Part shown: positions 35,076 to 41,693 of the stretch, piece after piece | Numbering within the stretch: position 1 is the stretch's first letter | Layout of the letters: each line of letters starts with the position of its first letter | DNA from: a virus | Taxonomy: Duplodnaviria > Caudoviricetes | Reading direction: 5' to 3' (one strand) | IMG/VR virus record: IMGVR_UViG_3300049169_000066 | Span: 1 to 41,693 of that record | DNA: 41,693 nt | Position numbers and translations under genes: made by a program | Notes under the pieces: generated by a model | The model's database searches: none | Told to the model about the DNA's origin: nothing | Seen by the model: the letters and a program-made list of their open reading frames with translations, nothing else

Positions 35076-35365
35076 CGTAAGTCACAAAATCCGGGCTTAT
35101 CTACGGCTGAGTAGTCACTCGACCGGCCTAGGGGCTTCGCCCCCACATTTGTTCACCGTTCAACATGATCACTTTCGGTGAGACGTCTGAGCAGCGCATT
35201 CATCGGTGACTGATCGAAAACGGCAGCGTTACAGGATCTCTAAAACTGCTGGTCAAAGACGTCTCGTGAGGCTGCCTAACGAGTTACGTCTAGCAGGTTC
35301 CTTGTGTAGCTTCGAGCCCGTTGGGTGATCGGCTACACCCAAACGCATGAAGGGGGTCACACTCT

Positions 35366-36280
35366 GTGAGCCAAAAGACAGCCCCTGGCACACGATCACT
35401 CACTCTCGGTAGCTCCATCCGCGAAGGGCTCGACGCCGGGAAACCGACCGAGTACCGCGCTGCCGCACTTCCGAAGCTGCTGAAGACGCTCAGTAACAAC
35501 ACGGTCGCCGAACACGCGTTCGAAGATCCACGTCCGACCGACGTTCTCCTGAAGGACGCGGCAGCCGGCGACCGGGCGGCCGAAGCCCCGCTGTACGTCC
35601 GGCTCGCGAGCGAGCTTGACCGGATGGCCGCGATTGCGGTCGGTTCCTCCGCGTTCGAGCGGGAAGACCTCCACCAGGAAGGCGCGCTCCGACTGATCGA
35701 AGACGCGCGCTCCGGGAAGATCCTCGCTGACTTCCGGGGCAAGCTCGGCCCGTACCTGGGTAAGGCGATCCTCGGTCACCTCCGCAACGTTGCGAGCACT
35801 CAGAGTCCCGGCAAGCCGACCGATCCGGGGAGGCTGACCCAGAAGCTCCGGGAGGCGCTCCGCAGTACGGCCGACGAGCACGGCGAGTACGACTTCGTTG
35901 GCGCGGCGACCTACGCGCGGAAGAACTTCTCGTGGGGGCTCTCGACGTTCTGGGACGTCCACCGCATGATGTTCAGCGCCGCTGACGATCTCCACAAGGA
36001 GCCTGCGGCGGGTTACAGCCTGACGGAGACGATCGGCGACCCGACCGCAGAAGACGCGCTCGCCCGCGTGGAGGACACTGAGACCGCTCGTGCGCTCCGG
36101 GCGTCGGCGCACCTGAGTCCCCGCGACCGGGAAGTGGTCGATCTGATGTTCGGCTTCGACGGTCCCGCGCTGTCCGAGTCCGAAGCCGGGAAGGTGCTCG
36201 GCATCTCGCAGCAGGCCGTTTCGAAGGCGAAGGCTCGCGCGCTCGACGTGCTCCGGGCAGTCGCCGAAGCGTCGAACTGA
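35366..36280 (+). CDS. sigma-70-like phage transcription factor
   Basis: Region 2-like REDLHQEG; region 4 LSPRDREVV...SESEAGKVLGISQQAVSK; operator-A half-site at 35295-35308 upstream. Confidence 0.85.
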   Translation: MSQKTAPGTRSLTLGSSIREGLDAGKPTEYRAAALPKLLKTLSNNTVAEHAFEDPRPTDVLLKDAAAGDRAAEAPLYVRLASELDRMAAIAVGSSAFEREDLHQEGALRLIEDARSGKILADFRGKLGPYLGKAILGHLRNVASTQSPGKPTDPGRLTQKLREALRSTADEHGEYDFVGAATYARKNFSWGLSTFWDVHRMMFSAADDLHKEPAAGYSLTETIGDPTAEDALARVEDTETARALRASAHLSPRDREVVDLMFGFDGPALSESEAGKVLGISQQAVSKAKARALDVLRAVAEASN

Positions 36281-36294
36281 CCGGGGGGTCAACG

Positions 36295-36849
36295 ATGATG
36301 GTTTTCAACTGTAGAGACAACGAAGGCGACCACGTCGGAGTAGCGCACACGGGGGCTCACGTGCTGCTCGTGGTGACGGAGGAAGAGGCTCAGGGCGACT
36401 CGGCCGAGCTGCTCTTCTCCAGTCGGGACGCTCGCGCGGTGGCCGAACTGGTCCGCGAAGTCGCCCGCCGGGACGAAGAGGAAGCCGGCGACGTGGCCGA
36501 GCTGGACGGCTTCCACGTCAGCCGCTCGGAGCGCTCCGGGCATGTGCTCGTGTCGGTCGACCACAACGACGAAGGGTGGCGCTCGGTGGTGCTGTCCAAC
36601 GATGACGCCGAGCGGTTCGCGACCGCTGTCGAGAAGTGCGCCACGGAAGCCGCGCTCTTCGCGACACGGGAGACGGTCGGACAGTCGCACCCGGTCCACC
36701 AGGCCGTGACGGCGCGGATGACGACCAGGGCGCTTGCGGTGGCTATGGCGTCTCAGGCGCTCGGACAGCTCCGGGCGCGAGTCGACGTGCTCGCGGTCGC
36801 TCAGTGGATCGCGGGTGAGGAGTGCGATGGGACGGGGTGTGCGGCGTGA
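36295..36849 (+). CDS. hypothetical protein with internal two-module repeat
   Basis: HVLLVV...LLFSSRDARAVAELV resembles HVLVSV...VVLSNDDAERFATAV. Confidence 0.65.
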   Translation: MMVFNCRDNEGDHVGVAHTGAHVLLVVTEEEAQGDSAELLFSSRDARAVAELVREVARRDEEEAGDVAELDGFHVSRSERSGHVLVSVDHNDEGWRSVVLSNDDAERFATAVEKCATEAALFATRETVGQSHPVHQAVTARMTTRALAVAMASQALGQLRARVDVLAVAQWIAGEECDGTGCAA

Positions 36850-37112
36850 CGCACCTTGCGGTCTTGTTCGAAGGGTCGGCCGAAGGGAAGACGGTCGAAC
36901 TCGACGGGCTCGGGTGGGCCGGGCACGCCATCCAAGTTCCGATGCCGGCGCTCGGCTTCGACGTCGCCCGCTACCTGCACACCACGGCGGACACGTCGCC
37001 TCACGAGACGGTCGACGTCGTCCGCTACCGCGCGACACGTCATCGCTGCATTCAGGGCAACGGCGTTCCCGCGGTCGCCTACGTCCCCGAGGGGTCGCAC
37101 CTATGGCGCTAG
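36846..37112 (+). CDS. hypothetical protein
   Basis: GTGA translational coupling. Confidence 0.55.
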   Translation: MTHLAVLFEGSAEGKTVELDGLGWAGHAIQVPMPALGFDVARYLHTTADTSPHETVDVVRYRATRHRCIQGNGVPAVAYVPEGSHLWR

Positions 37113-37321
37113 TGCGAGCAACGCGGGGGACGTGGCTCACGTCGACCCATCGGTGTTACCGGCCGCACGTGGACCAGGTCGAGAGCGCCGGTCACGGGAT
37201 CGGGAGTCGGTGGCAGTGCCCCGACTGCTCGACGGTCCACCGCATCGTCGACTTCGACGTGGCGTGGCAGGGAGGACACATGCAAGCCGTAGTGCGATGG
37301 GAGGTCGAGCGTGTCGCGTAG
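37103..37321 (+). CDS. small Cys-containing protein (WQCPDC)
   Basis: ATG after GAGGGG; overlaps neighbours. Confidence 0.55.
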   Translation: MALVRATRGTWLTSTHRCYRPHVDQVESAGHGIGSRWQCPDCSTVHRIVDFDVAWQGGHMQAVVRWEVERVA

Positions 37322-37496
37322 AGATGTCGTCACCCTTCGCGTGGTCAGCCCGTGCGAGCACGGAGTGAGGCACCACATCGAGCAGCTTCACGAAGGCGCT
37401 GTGTTCAGCGTCCCGGAGTGCCGGACGAAGACAGCCGGTCCCCGCCACCACTTCGTGACGGCCGAGAAGTACCCGAAGACCGTTCGGCGTGTCTGA
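37311..37496 (+). CDS. small Cys/His protein
   Basis: GGAGG SD; CEHG..H...C. Confidence 0.5.
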   Translation: MSRRDVVTLRVVSPCEHGVRHHIEQLHEGAVFSVPECRTKTAGPRHHFVTAEKYPKTVRRV

Positions 37497-37498
37497 GC

Positions 37499-37582
37499 CA
37501 CACAAGGAACCTTGCGTATAACGGTTTGACCGCGGAGTCATTCACGCAAGGTTCCTTGTGTGAGCATGTGTGCACACCACAC
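37499..37582 (+). promoter_or_regulatory. promoter cassette copy 1 (A - TTGACC - A - B)
   Basis: 19-bp perfect inverted repeat CACACAAGGAACCTTGCGT/ACGCAAGGTTCCTTGTGTG around TAACGGTTTGACCGCGGAG. Confidence 0.8.
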
Positions 37583-37601
37583 GAAGTCAGGAGGTACCAC
37601 C

Positions 37602-38360
37602 GTGTCGACGACGCCGGAGCAGCTCGACCAGCTCGAAGCGGACCGGAAGGCGCTGCTCCCGTGGCTCTGGGCGGCATCCGTGTTCGTGATGTTGGCGAGC
37701 CTGATCAGCGGAACGGGCCTGATGATGGCGCTCGGTACGCCGATCGTGCTCGCGGTGCTCTTCCCGCTGTCCACCGACGTCGGTCTGATCGCGGCGCTCC
37801 GGGGCTCGGGTCGACTCGCCCGCCACGGGCTTCAGGTGTCCGCCACGAGCGCGCTCCGGTGGACTTCGTTCGGTTTCTCGTTCGCGCTGAACGTGACCGG
37901 CGAGCTGATCCGTGGAGCGTGGCTCGCCGCGCTCTTTCACGGCTTCATGCCCGTTCTGATGATCGTTCTCGCGATCTACGAAGACCGGTACAACGCGGCC
38001 ATTGCGGGCGAGATCGCGCGCATCCGTGCCGTTCTCGCTGCCCTCCCGGAACCGGTCGCGGCCGAGCTGGAGTCTGCACCGGAGCCGGTCGCGGTCGAGC
38101 AGGTCGGCGAGCCCGCTCCGAAGCGCGTCCCGTCCGGGTCGCCGGCCCGGAAGCGGGTCGGCAAGAGCGAAGAGGTACTGAAGGCCGAGATCCGCGACCT
38201 TCTCGACGCGGAGGCGAAGGGCGGGGAGAAGGTCACGGTCCGCGTGGTCACGGCCGCGTGCAACGTCTCGCCGAACCGCGCGGCTCCCGCGCTGAAGGCG
38301 CTCCGGGAGCAGGACCAGGCCGAGCAGGAAGCCGCGTATCCGACCGGGCAGTACCTCTGA
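37602..38360 (+). CDS. multi-TM membrane protein with C-terminal HTH-like domain (DUF2637-like)
   Basis: About four TM helices, acidic/Pro linker, VTVRVVTAACNVSPNRA helix-turn-helix; AGGAGG SD. Confidence 0.65.
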   Translation: MSTTPEQLDQLEADRKALLPWLWAASVFVMLASLISGTGLMMALGTPIVLAVLFPLSTDVGLIAALRGSGRLARHGLQVSATSALRWTSFGFSFALNVTGELIRGAWLAALFHGFMPVLMIVLAIYEDRYNAAIAGEIARIRAVLAALPEPVAAELESAPEPVAVEQVGEPAPKRVPSGSPARKRVGKSEEVLKAEIRDLLDAEAKGGEKVTVRVVTAACNVSPNRAAPALKALREQDQAEQEAAYPTGQYL

Positions 38361-38406
38361 CTTTTAGTGTGCACACCACACAAGGAACCTGGCGAAGGGT
38401 GAGACG

Positions 38407-38604
38407 ATGAAGTGCAGCACGGTCACGCTGGAGCCCGAAGGCCGCGATCAGTACACGGTCCGGAACGAGCGGGGGAGAGCGGTCGGCTTCCTGCTCTACG
38501 CGTCCAACCATGCCGCGTGGCACGCGTTCGACGACGCCGGCGAGTTCGTCGGTCCGGCCGAGTCGAAGCTTCTCGCCGCGTCCCTGATCGTGGCGGGGGA
38601 GTAG
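38407..38604 (+). CDS. hypothetical protein
   Basis: ATG after GAAGGG; preceded by a fused B/A site at 38365-38396. Confidence 0.6.
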   Translation: MKCSTVTLEPEGRDQYTVRNERGRAVGFLLYASNHAAWHAFDDAGEFVGPAESKLLAASLIVAGE

Positions 38605-38608
38605 GCAC

Positions 38609-38845
38609 GTGGGCTCGGCAGGCTTCGACGACCACCTTCCCGAAGGCATCGCGGAAGAGGCTCAGGTCCGGTCGCGGGTCGACCGCCAGCGGGTGCTCGG
38701 TCATGTGTTCCGGGCGAAGGGCTCGACCGTCTACCGCGTGCACTCCCGCCCGCGAGCCGGCGGGGCTCTCGAAGGCTCCGACTACCTCACCCCTGAAGCC
38801 GCAATCGCCGCGCTCCGTAGCTACCACGGTGAGTTTGACATTTAG
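38609..38845 (+). CDS. hypothetical protein
   Basis: Tandem co-oriented ORF with GGGGAG SD. Confidence 0.55.
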   Translation: MGSAGFDDHLPEGIAEEAQVRSRVDRQRVLGHVFRAKGSTVYRVHSRPRAGGALEGSDYLTPEAAIAALRSYHGEFDI

Positions 38846-38851
38846 CTACGC

Positions 38852-38936
38852 CACACAAGGAAGCTTGTGTGTAACGGTTTGACCGCGGAGCCGGCCCACG
38901 CAAGCTTCCTTGTGTGATGATGTGTGCACACCAACC
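38852..38936 (+). promoter_or_regulatory. promoter cassette copy 2
   Basis: Near-duplicate of 37499-37582 with paired C>G and G>C changes in the two A sites. Confidence 0.8.
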
Positions 38937-38954
38937 GAGAACGGAGCCCCGAAA

Positions 38955-39689
38955 ATGGCGAAGACCAGCACCCCGCGTAGCACCCCGGCTCAGGCGCGGC
39001 TGATCCTGGAGGCTCGCCCGTTCGGGCAGATCATCACGGGGAACGGGCGCACGCTCGACAGCATGTTGGCGAAGGGGCTGATCTGGGAGAACCGCGAGTG
39101 GGCGCACCCGCGTTACTTCCTCACGGTTGCCGGTCGGACCGAGAGGGCGCGGCTGATCGAAAAGCTCGCGAAGGCTGCCGCGAAGGTTGCTGCCGCGAAC
39201 GGTTCGGAGGCTGTCTCGAACGTGGCGCTTCACCGCGAGCACGTCGAGCAGCTCACGAAGGGTGTCACGCTGGTGGTCGAGCGCGCGATCAAGTCGGCTT
39301 CGCAGAACGCGGACGACACGGCTCGCGAGCGGGGCTTCGCGCTCTTCTCCGCGCCGTGGTTCGAGATGTACGCGCTCACCTTCGAGTCGATGATCACCAC
39401 TCACGCGGAGTGGCTCGCGGTCGAGATCGAGAAGGCCGAAGAGGACGCGTACGCCGACGCGGAGACGGTGTCCCTGATCGAACTCGCGGTGGACTCGGGG
39501 GCGGCCGAGGAGATCTTGACGGCCGCGCCGGCGGTTGTGCACGAAGGCGATTGGACGTTCCTCGGCACGTGGGCGCTCAACAAGTTTGCGTTCCTCGCGG
39601 AGCCGGTCGACGGGTGGCTGTACTTCGACAGGTACGACGAGGGTGGCCGGATCTTCGCGTCGTACCGCGTGAAGGTCAAGAGCGCCTAG
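38955..39689 (+). CDS. hypothetical protein with N-terminal winged-helix-like segment
   Basis: TPAQARLI...TLDSMLAKGLI...YFLTVAGR. Confidence 0.65.
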   Translation: MAKTSTPRSTPAQARLILEARPFGQIITGNGRTLDSMLAKGLIWENREWAHPRYFLTVAGRTERARLIEKLAKAAAKVAAANGSEAVSNVALHREHVEQLTKGVTLVVERAIKSASQNADDTARERGFALFSAPWFEMYALTFESMITTHAEWLAVEIEKAEEDAYADAETVSLIELAVDSGAAEEILTAAPAVVHEGDWTFLGTWALNKFAFLAEPVDGWLYFDRYDEGGRIFASYRVKVKSA

Positions 39690-39726
39690 TCACGCGGGAA
39701 CCTGGTGTGCGCACCACAAGACCTAG

Positions 39727-39755
39727 CCCCCTGATCCTCCGGGATCGGGGGGTTT
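39727..39755 (+). terminator. rho-independent terminator
   Basis: CCCCCTGATCC-TCCG-GGATCGGGGGG-TTT, just after operator B at 39703-39719. Confidence 0.65.
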
Positions 39756-39959
39756 CGTCGTTAGATAAGGCTTACCTGACTTGGATTCGTGACCGATACA
39801 GTCTCTCCGGGCGTTAGCCAACGGGTTTCCTCGGTTAGATGGGACTTAAACGCTGTTGCTCCGTACGGGTGATTGTCCACGCTGTTGGGTAACCCGTTGA
39901 CGTTGTGCGGGTTTATGACATTGGATGTGTACTAAGACGCCGCTGCCGGGGGGTTGCCA

Positions 39960-40412
39960 ATGGCTCGACAGATAGTGACGACGCTTATCGACGACATCGA
40001 CGGGACGGAGGCTAGAGAGACGATCATGTTCGGGCTCGACGGGGTGGGCTACTCCATCGACCTGTCGGACGACAACGCCGAGAGGCTTCGCGAGTTCCTC
40101 GCCGACTTCGTCACGCACGCTCGCAAGGTGGGCCGCATGATGCCCCGGAGCAGCCGGCTTGCATCCGACGTGTACCGGGTGAAGCCCCGCGTCGACCGCG
40201 AGCAGAACCAGGCGATTCGCGATTGGGCACGCGCTCACGGAATCAAGGTCGCGGACCGTGGACGGATTCCGGCCGACGTCGTCGAGCGGTTCCACCAGCA
40301 CAACGCCGAGCCTCCGAAGGCGAGTGACGTCGAGCCTCCGAAGGCGAAGCGCGCGCGTTCTCGGCGCGCTCCGGTCCGACCGAAGTCGAAGGCGACGACG
40401 AAGGCTAGCTAG
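39960..40412 (+). CDS. lsr2: Lsr2-family nucleoid-associated protein
   Basis: DDIDG...ETI.FGLDG..YSIDLS..NA..LR dimerisation domain; IRDWAR..G..V.DRGRIP AT-hook domain. Confidence 0.95.
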   Translation: MARQIVTTLIDDIDGTEARETIMFGLDGVGYSIDLSDDNAERLREFLADFVTHARKVGRMMPRSSRLASDVYRVKPRVDREQNQAIRDWARAHGIKVADRGRIPADVVERFHQHNAEPPKASDVEPPKAKRARSRRAPVRPKSKATTKAS

Positions 40413-40472
40413 CCGTGTTAGCCTCGCTTCAGGTCGACCGGGACGGACATAGAAGCCGGTTCCGAGTACCAC

Positions 40473-40507
40473 GGAAGCCCCTCGTTTCGGCGGGGGGCTT
40501 CCGTTTT
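40473..40507 (+). terminator. rho-independent terminator after lsr2
   Basis: GGAAGCCCCC...GGGGGCTTCC-GTTTT. Confidence 0.7.
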
Positions 40508-40600
40508 GCGCTCAGCGTTGGTGTGCGCACCACAAGTAATGATCCGGACGCGCTCGGCGATATTTTGAGGGTCAGCACTGCCGAAGGGAATCACTCGATC

Positions 40601-40996
40601 ATGCGACGAACCGCGCTCGTGCTCGCTCTCGCTGCCGTCACGCTCACCGCGTGCGGGGGAGCTGCCGAGCAGCCCACGACCAGTTCCGCGGCGCCAGTCA
40701 CGGAGACGGCCGAAGCGGGCTCTCAGAAGCTCTCAGACGCGTTCAGCACGGCAACCGCGAGTCAGCCCTGGTCGACGAACGTCGAGCGCGTCGAACTCGA
40801 CGGGAAGGCTGTGATCGTCCGGAGCAAGCTCGCGAAGGACGCTGGAGCCGAAGCCGTGCCGATGTGCGAAGCCGCGTGGACGGCTGCCGAGACGGCCGCT
40901 GTCGAGTTCCAGTCGGTCACGGTCCGCTCGGCGGACGACAGCTCCATTGCCTCCCGGAACAAGCTCCGGGACGAAGCGAGTTGCTCGGCCGTCTGA
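40601..40996 (+). CDS. lipoprotein
   Basis: MRRTALVLALAAVTLTA-C lipobox, Ser/Thr linker, two further Cys. Confidence 0.85.
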   Translation: MRRTALVLALAAVTLTACGGAAEQPTTSSAAPVTETAEAGSQKLSDAFSTATASQPWSTNVERVELDGKAVIVRSKLAKDAGAEAVPMCEAAWTAAETAAVEFQSVTVRSADDSSIASRNKLRDEASCSAV

Positions 40997-41014
40997 GCCT
41001 GCCCCGGACAGCGC

Positions 41015-41052
41015 GGAGCCCCGTCGACCTGTAGCAGCGTTGACGGGGCTCC
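41015..41052. terminator. bidirectional terminator
   Basis: GGAGCCCCGTCGAC...GTTGACGGGGCTCC between convergent genes. Confidence 0.7.
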
Positions 41053-41059
41053 CGCAGGT

Positions 41060-41287
41060 CTACCGGATCTTTCCGTTGGTCCAACGCCACACCTGTAGGC
41101 AGCCGTTGCACGTCTTCGTGACGTTCTCCGTACCGTCTCCGGGGAACACATATGCGTAGTCGCAGTCATCGTGCTTGCACCGCTCGGGAGCGAACCCCGT
41201 CGACTTCATGTCCTTCTGAGCGTCCTTCCGGGCTTGCCCCGGCTTGTCACGCCCCTTCTTCTTTGGGTCGCTGCTGAAAAGTCCCAT
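41060..41287 (-). CDS. small basic Cys-rich protein
   Basis: 75 aa; C..H..C and CxxC motifs; bounded by hairpins. Confidence 0.6.
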   Translation of the reverse strand: MGLFSSDPKKKGRDKPGQARKDAQKDMKSTGFAPERCKHDDCDYAYVFPGDGTENVTKTCNGCLQVWRWTNGKIR

Positions 41288-41369
41288 GACCTACGCTTGG
41301 TTTGAGCTGACAGAGCCCCGCCCGCCGTGCCGAACGGTTCGAGCGGGGCTCCGTGTCCTTCCAGGTTCC

Positions 41370-41654
41370 CTACCTAGCTGCCGTACGCGTCGATGACTCA
41401 CCTCCCGTCGGCTCGATCCACAGGACGCCGATGGGCTTCGCCGGGTGCAAGTTCCAATGCAACGTGGTGAACGGTGGCGCTCCGACCTCGGCCGCTAGGC
41501 AGTCGTGGTCAGGGCACTTGCACGAGATCGGGCCGAGTTCACCGGCCGGCACGCGGGCGACGATCCTGTGACCACGCGGACACGCGTAGACCACCGCCGA
41601 TGGGGTGGGCGTGGGGTCAGATGGCTCGATCACCGCGAGCGGGCTCACGAGCAT
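41370..41654 (-). CDS. small Cys-rich hypothetical protein (start uncertain)
   Basis: CPRGH...CKCPDHDC; frame is open to the window edge. Confidence 0.4.
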   Translation of the reverse strand: MLVSPLAVIEPSDPTPTPSAVVYACPRGHRIVARVPAGELGPISCKCPDHDCLAAEVGAPPFTTLHWNLHPAKPIGVLWIEPTGGESSTRTAAR

Positions 41655-41693
41655 GGGGAACCGAGAGCGGACCCGCGTCGGACCAGTCGGCAC

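Larger units (their letters stand above)
2699..41693 (+). mobile_element. integrated temperate siphovirus prophage, phiC31-like organisation; right end outside the window
   Basis: Integrase, packaging, head, tail, lysis, replication and regulatory modules present and nearly all co-oriented; no 5' AKR fragment found on the right. Confidence 0.95.

Noticed and set aside
35180-35265. Imperfect inverted repeat GAGACGTCTGAGCAGC...GCTGGTCAAAGACGTCTC upstream of the sigma-like gene
   Set aside because: Single copy with a self-palindromic core; not enough to assign a function
1965-39542. Many long antisense or alternative-frame ORFs (e.g. 12049-13281, 14470-15831, 16745-17887, 23599-24810)
   Set aside because: Shadow ORFs of GC-biased genes; Arg/Pro-rich and without motifs
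2753-40535. Repeated motifs as a CRISPR or mini-array
   Set aside because: Copies are dispersed, in both orientations, and lack regular unique spacers; the Cas4-like gene is a stand-alone phage nuclease
41300-41693. Right att junction within the window
   Set aside because: No AKR N-terminal coding sequence or match to the left junction found

Overview
High-GC actinobacterial window (host lineage probably Pseudonocardiaceae-like; this is inference). Positions 1-~2698 are host or accessory DNA: small ORFs, an XRE-HTH gene, a 28-bp perfect palindrome and the 3' part of an aldo/keto reductase (AKR) gene. The AKR gene is cut at its (F)DTADVY motif by a siphovirus prophage that runs from ~2699 past the right edge; the other att junction is not in the window. 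The prophage has a phiC31-like, almost all rightward layout: large serine integrase (Bxb1-like in sequence), HNH, candidate cos, amidase endolysin, secreted transglycosylase, atypical tRNA-Trp, terminase, portal, in-frame protease-capsid ORF, tail genes, dNMP kinase, holin-like genes, SprT-like metalloprotease, candidate repressor, Cas4-like nuclease, phiC31 gp3-like protein, a C5 DNA methyltransferase split into two overlapping frames, primase-helicase, family A polymerase, HNH and EndoVII nucleases, a sigma-like protein, Lsr2 and a lipoprotein. The strongest unexplained signals are non-coding. Two interlocking families of repeated operator-like sites (CACACAAGGWWCCTTGTGTG, ~15 copies; TGGTGTGCGCACCACAA, ~12 copies) lie in promoters, terminator loops and coding sequence. 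A G-U-rich multi-hairpin leader before the endolysin has a loop complementary to the endolysin ribosome-binding site. All family assignments are from motif recognition, not database searches.
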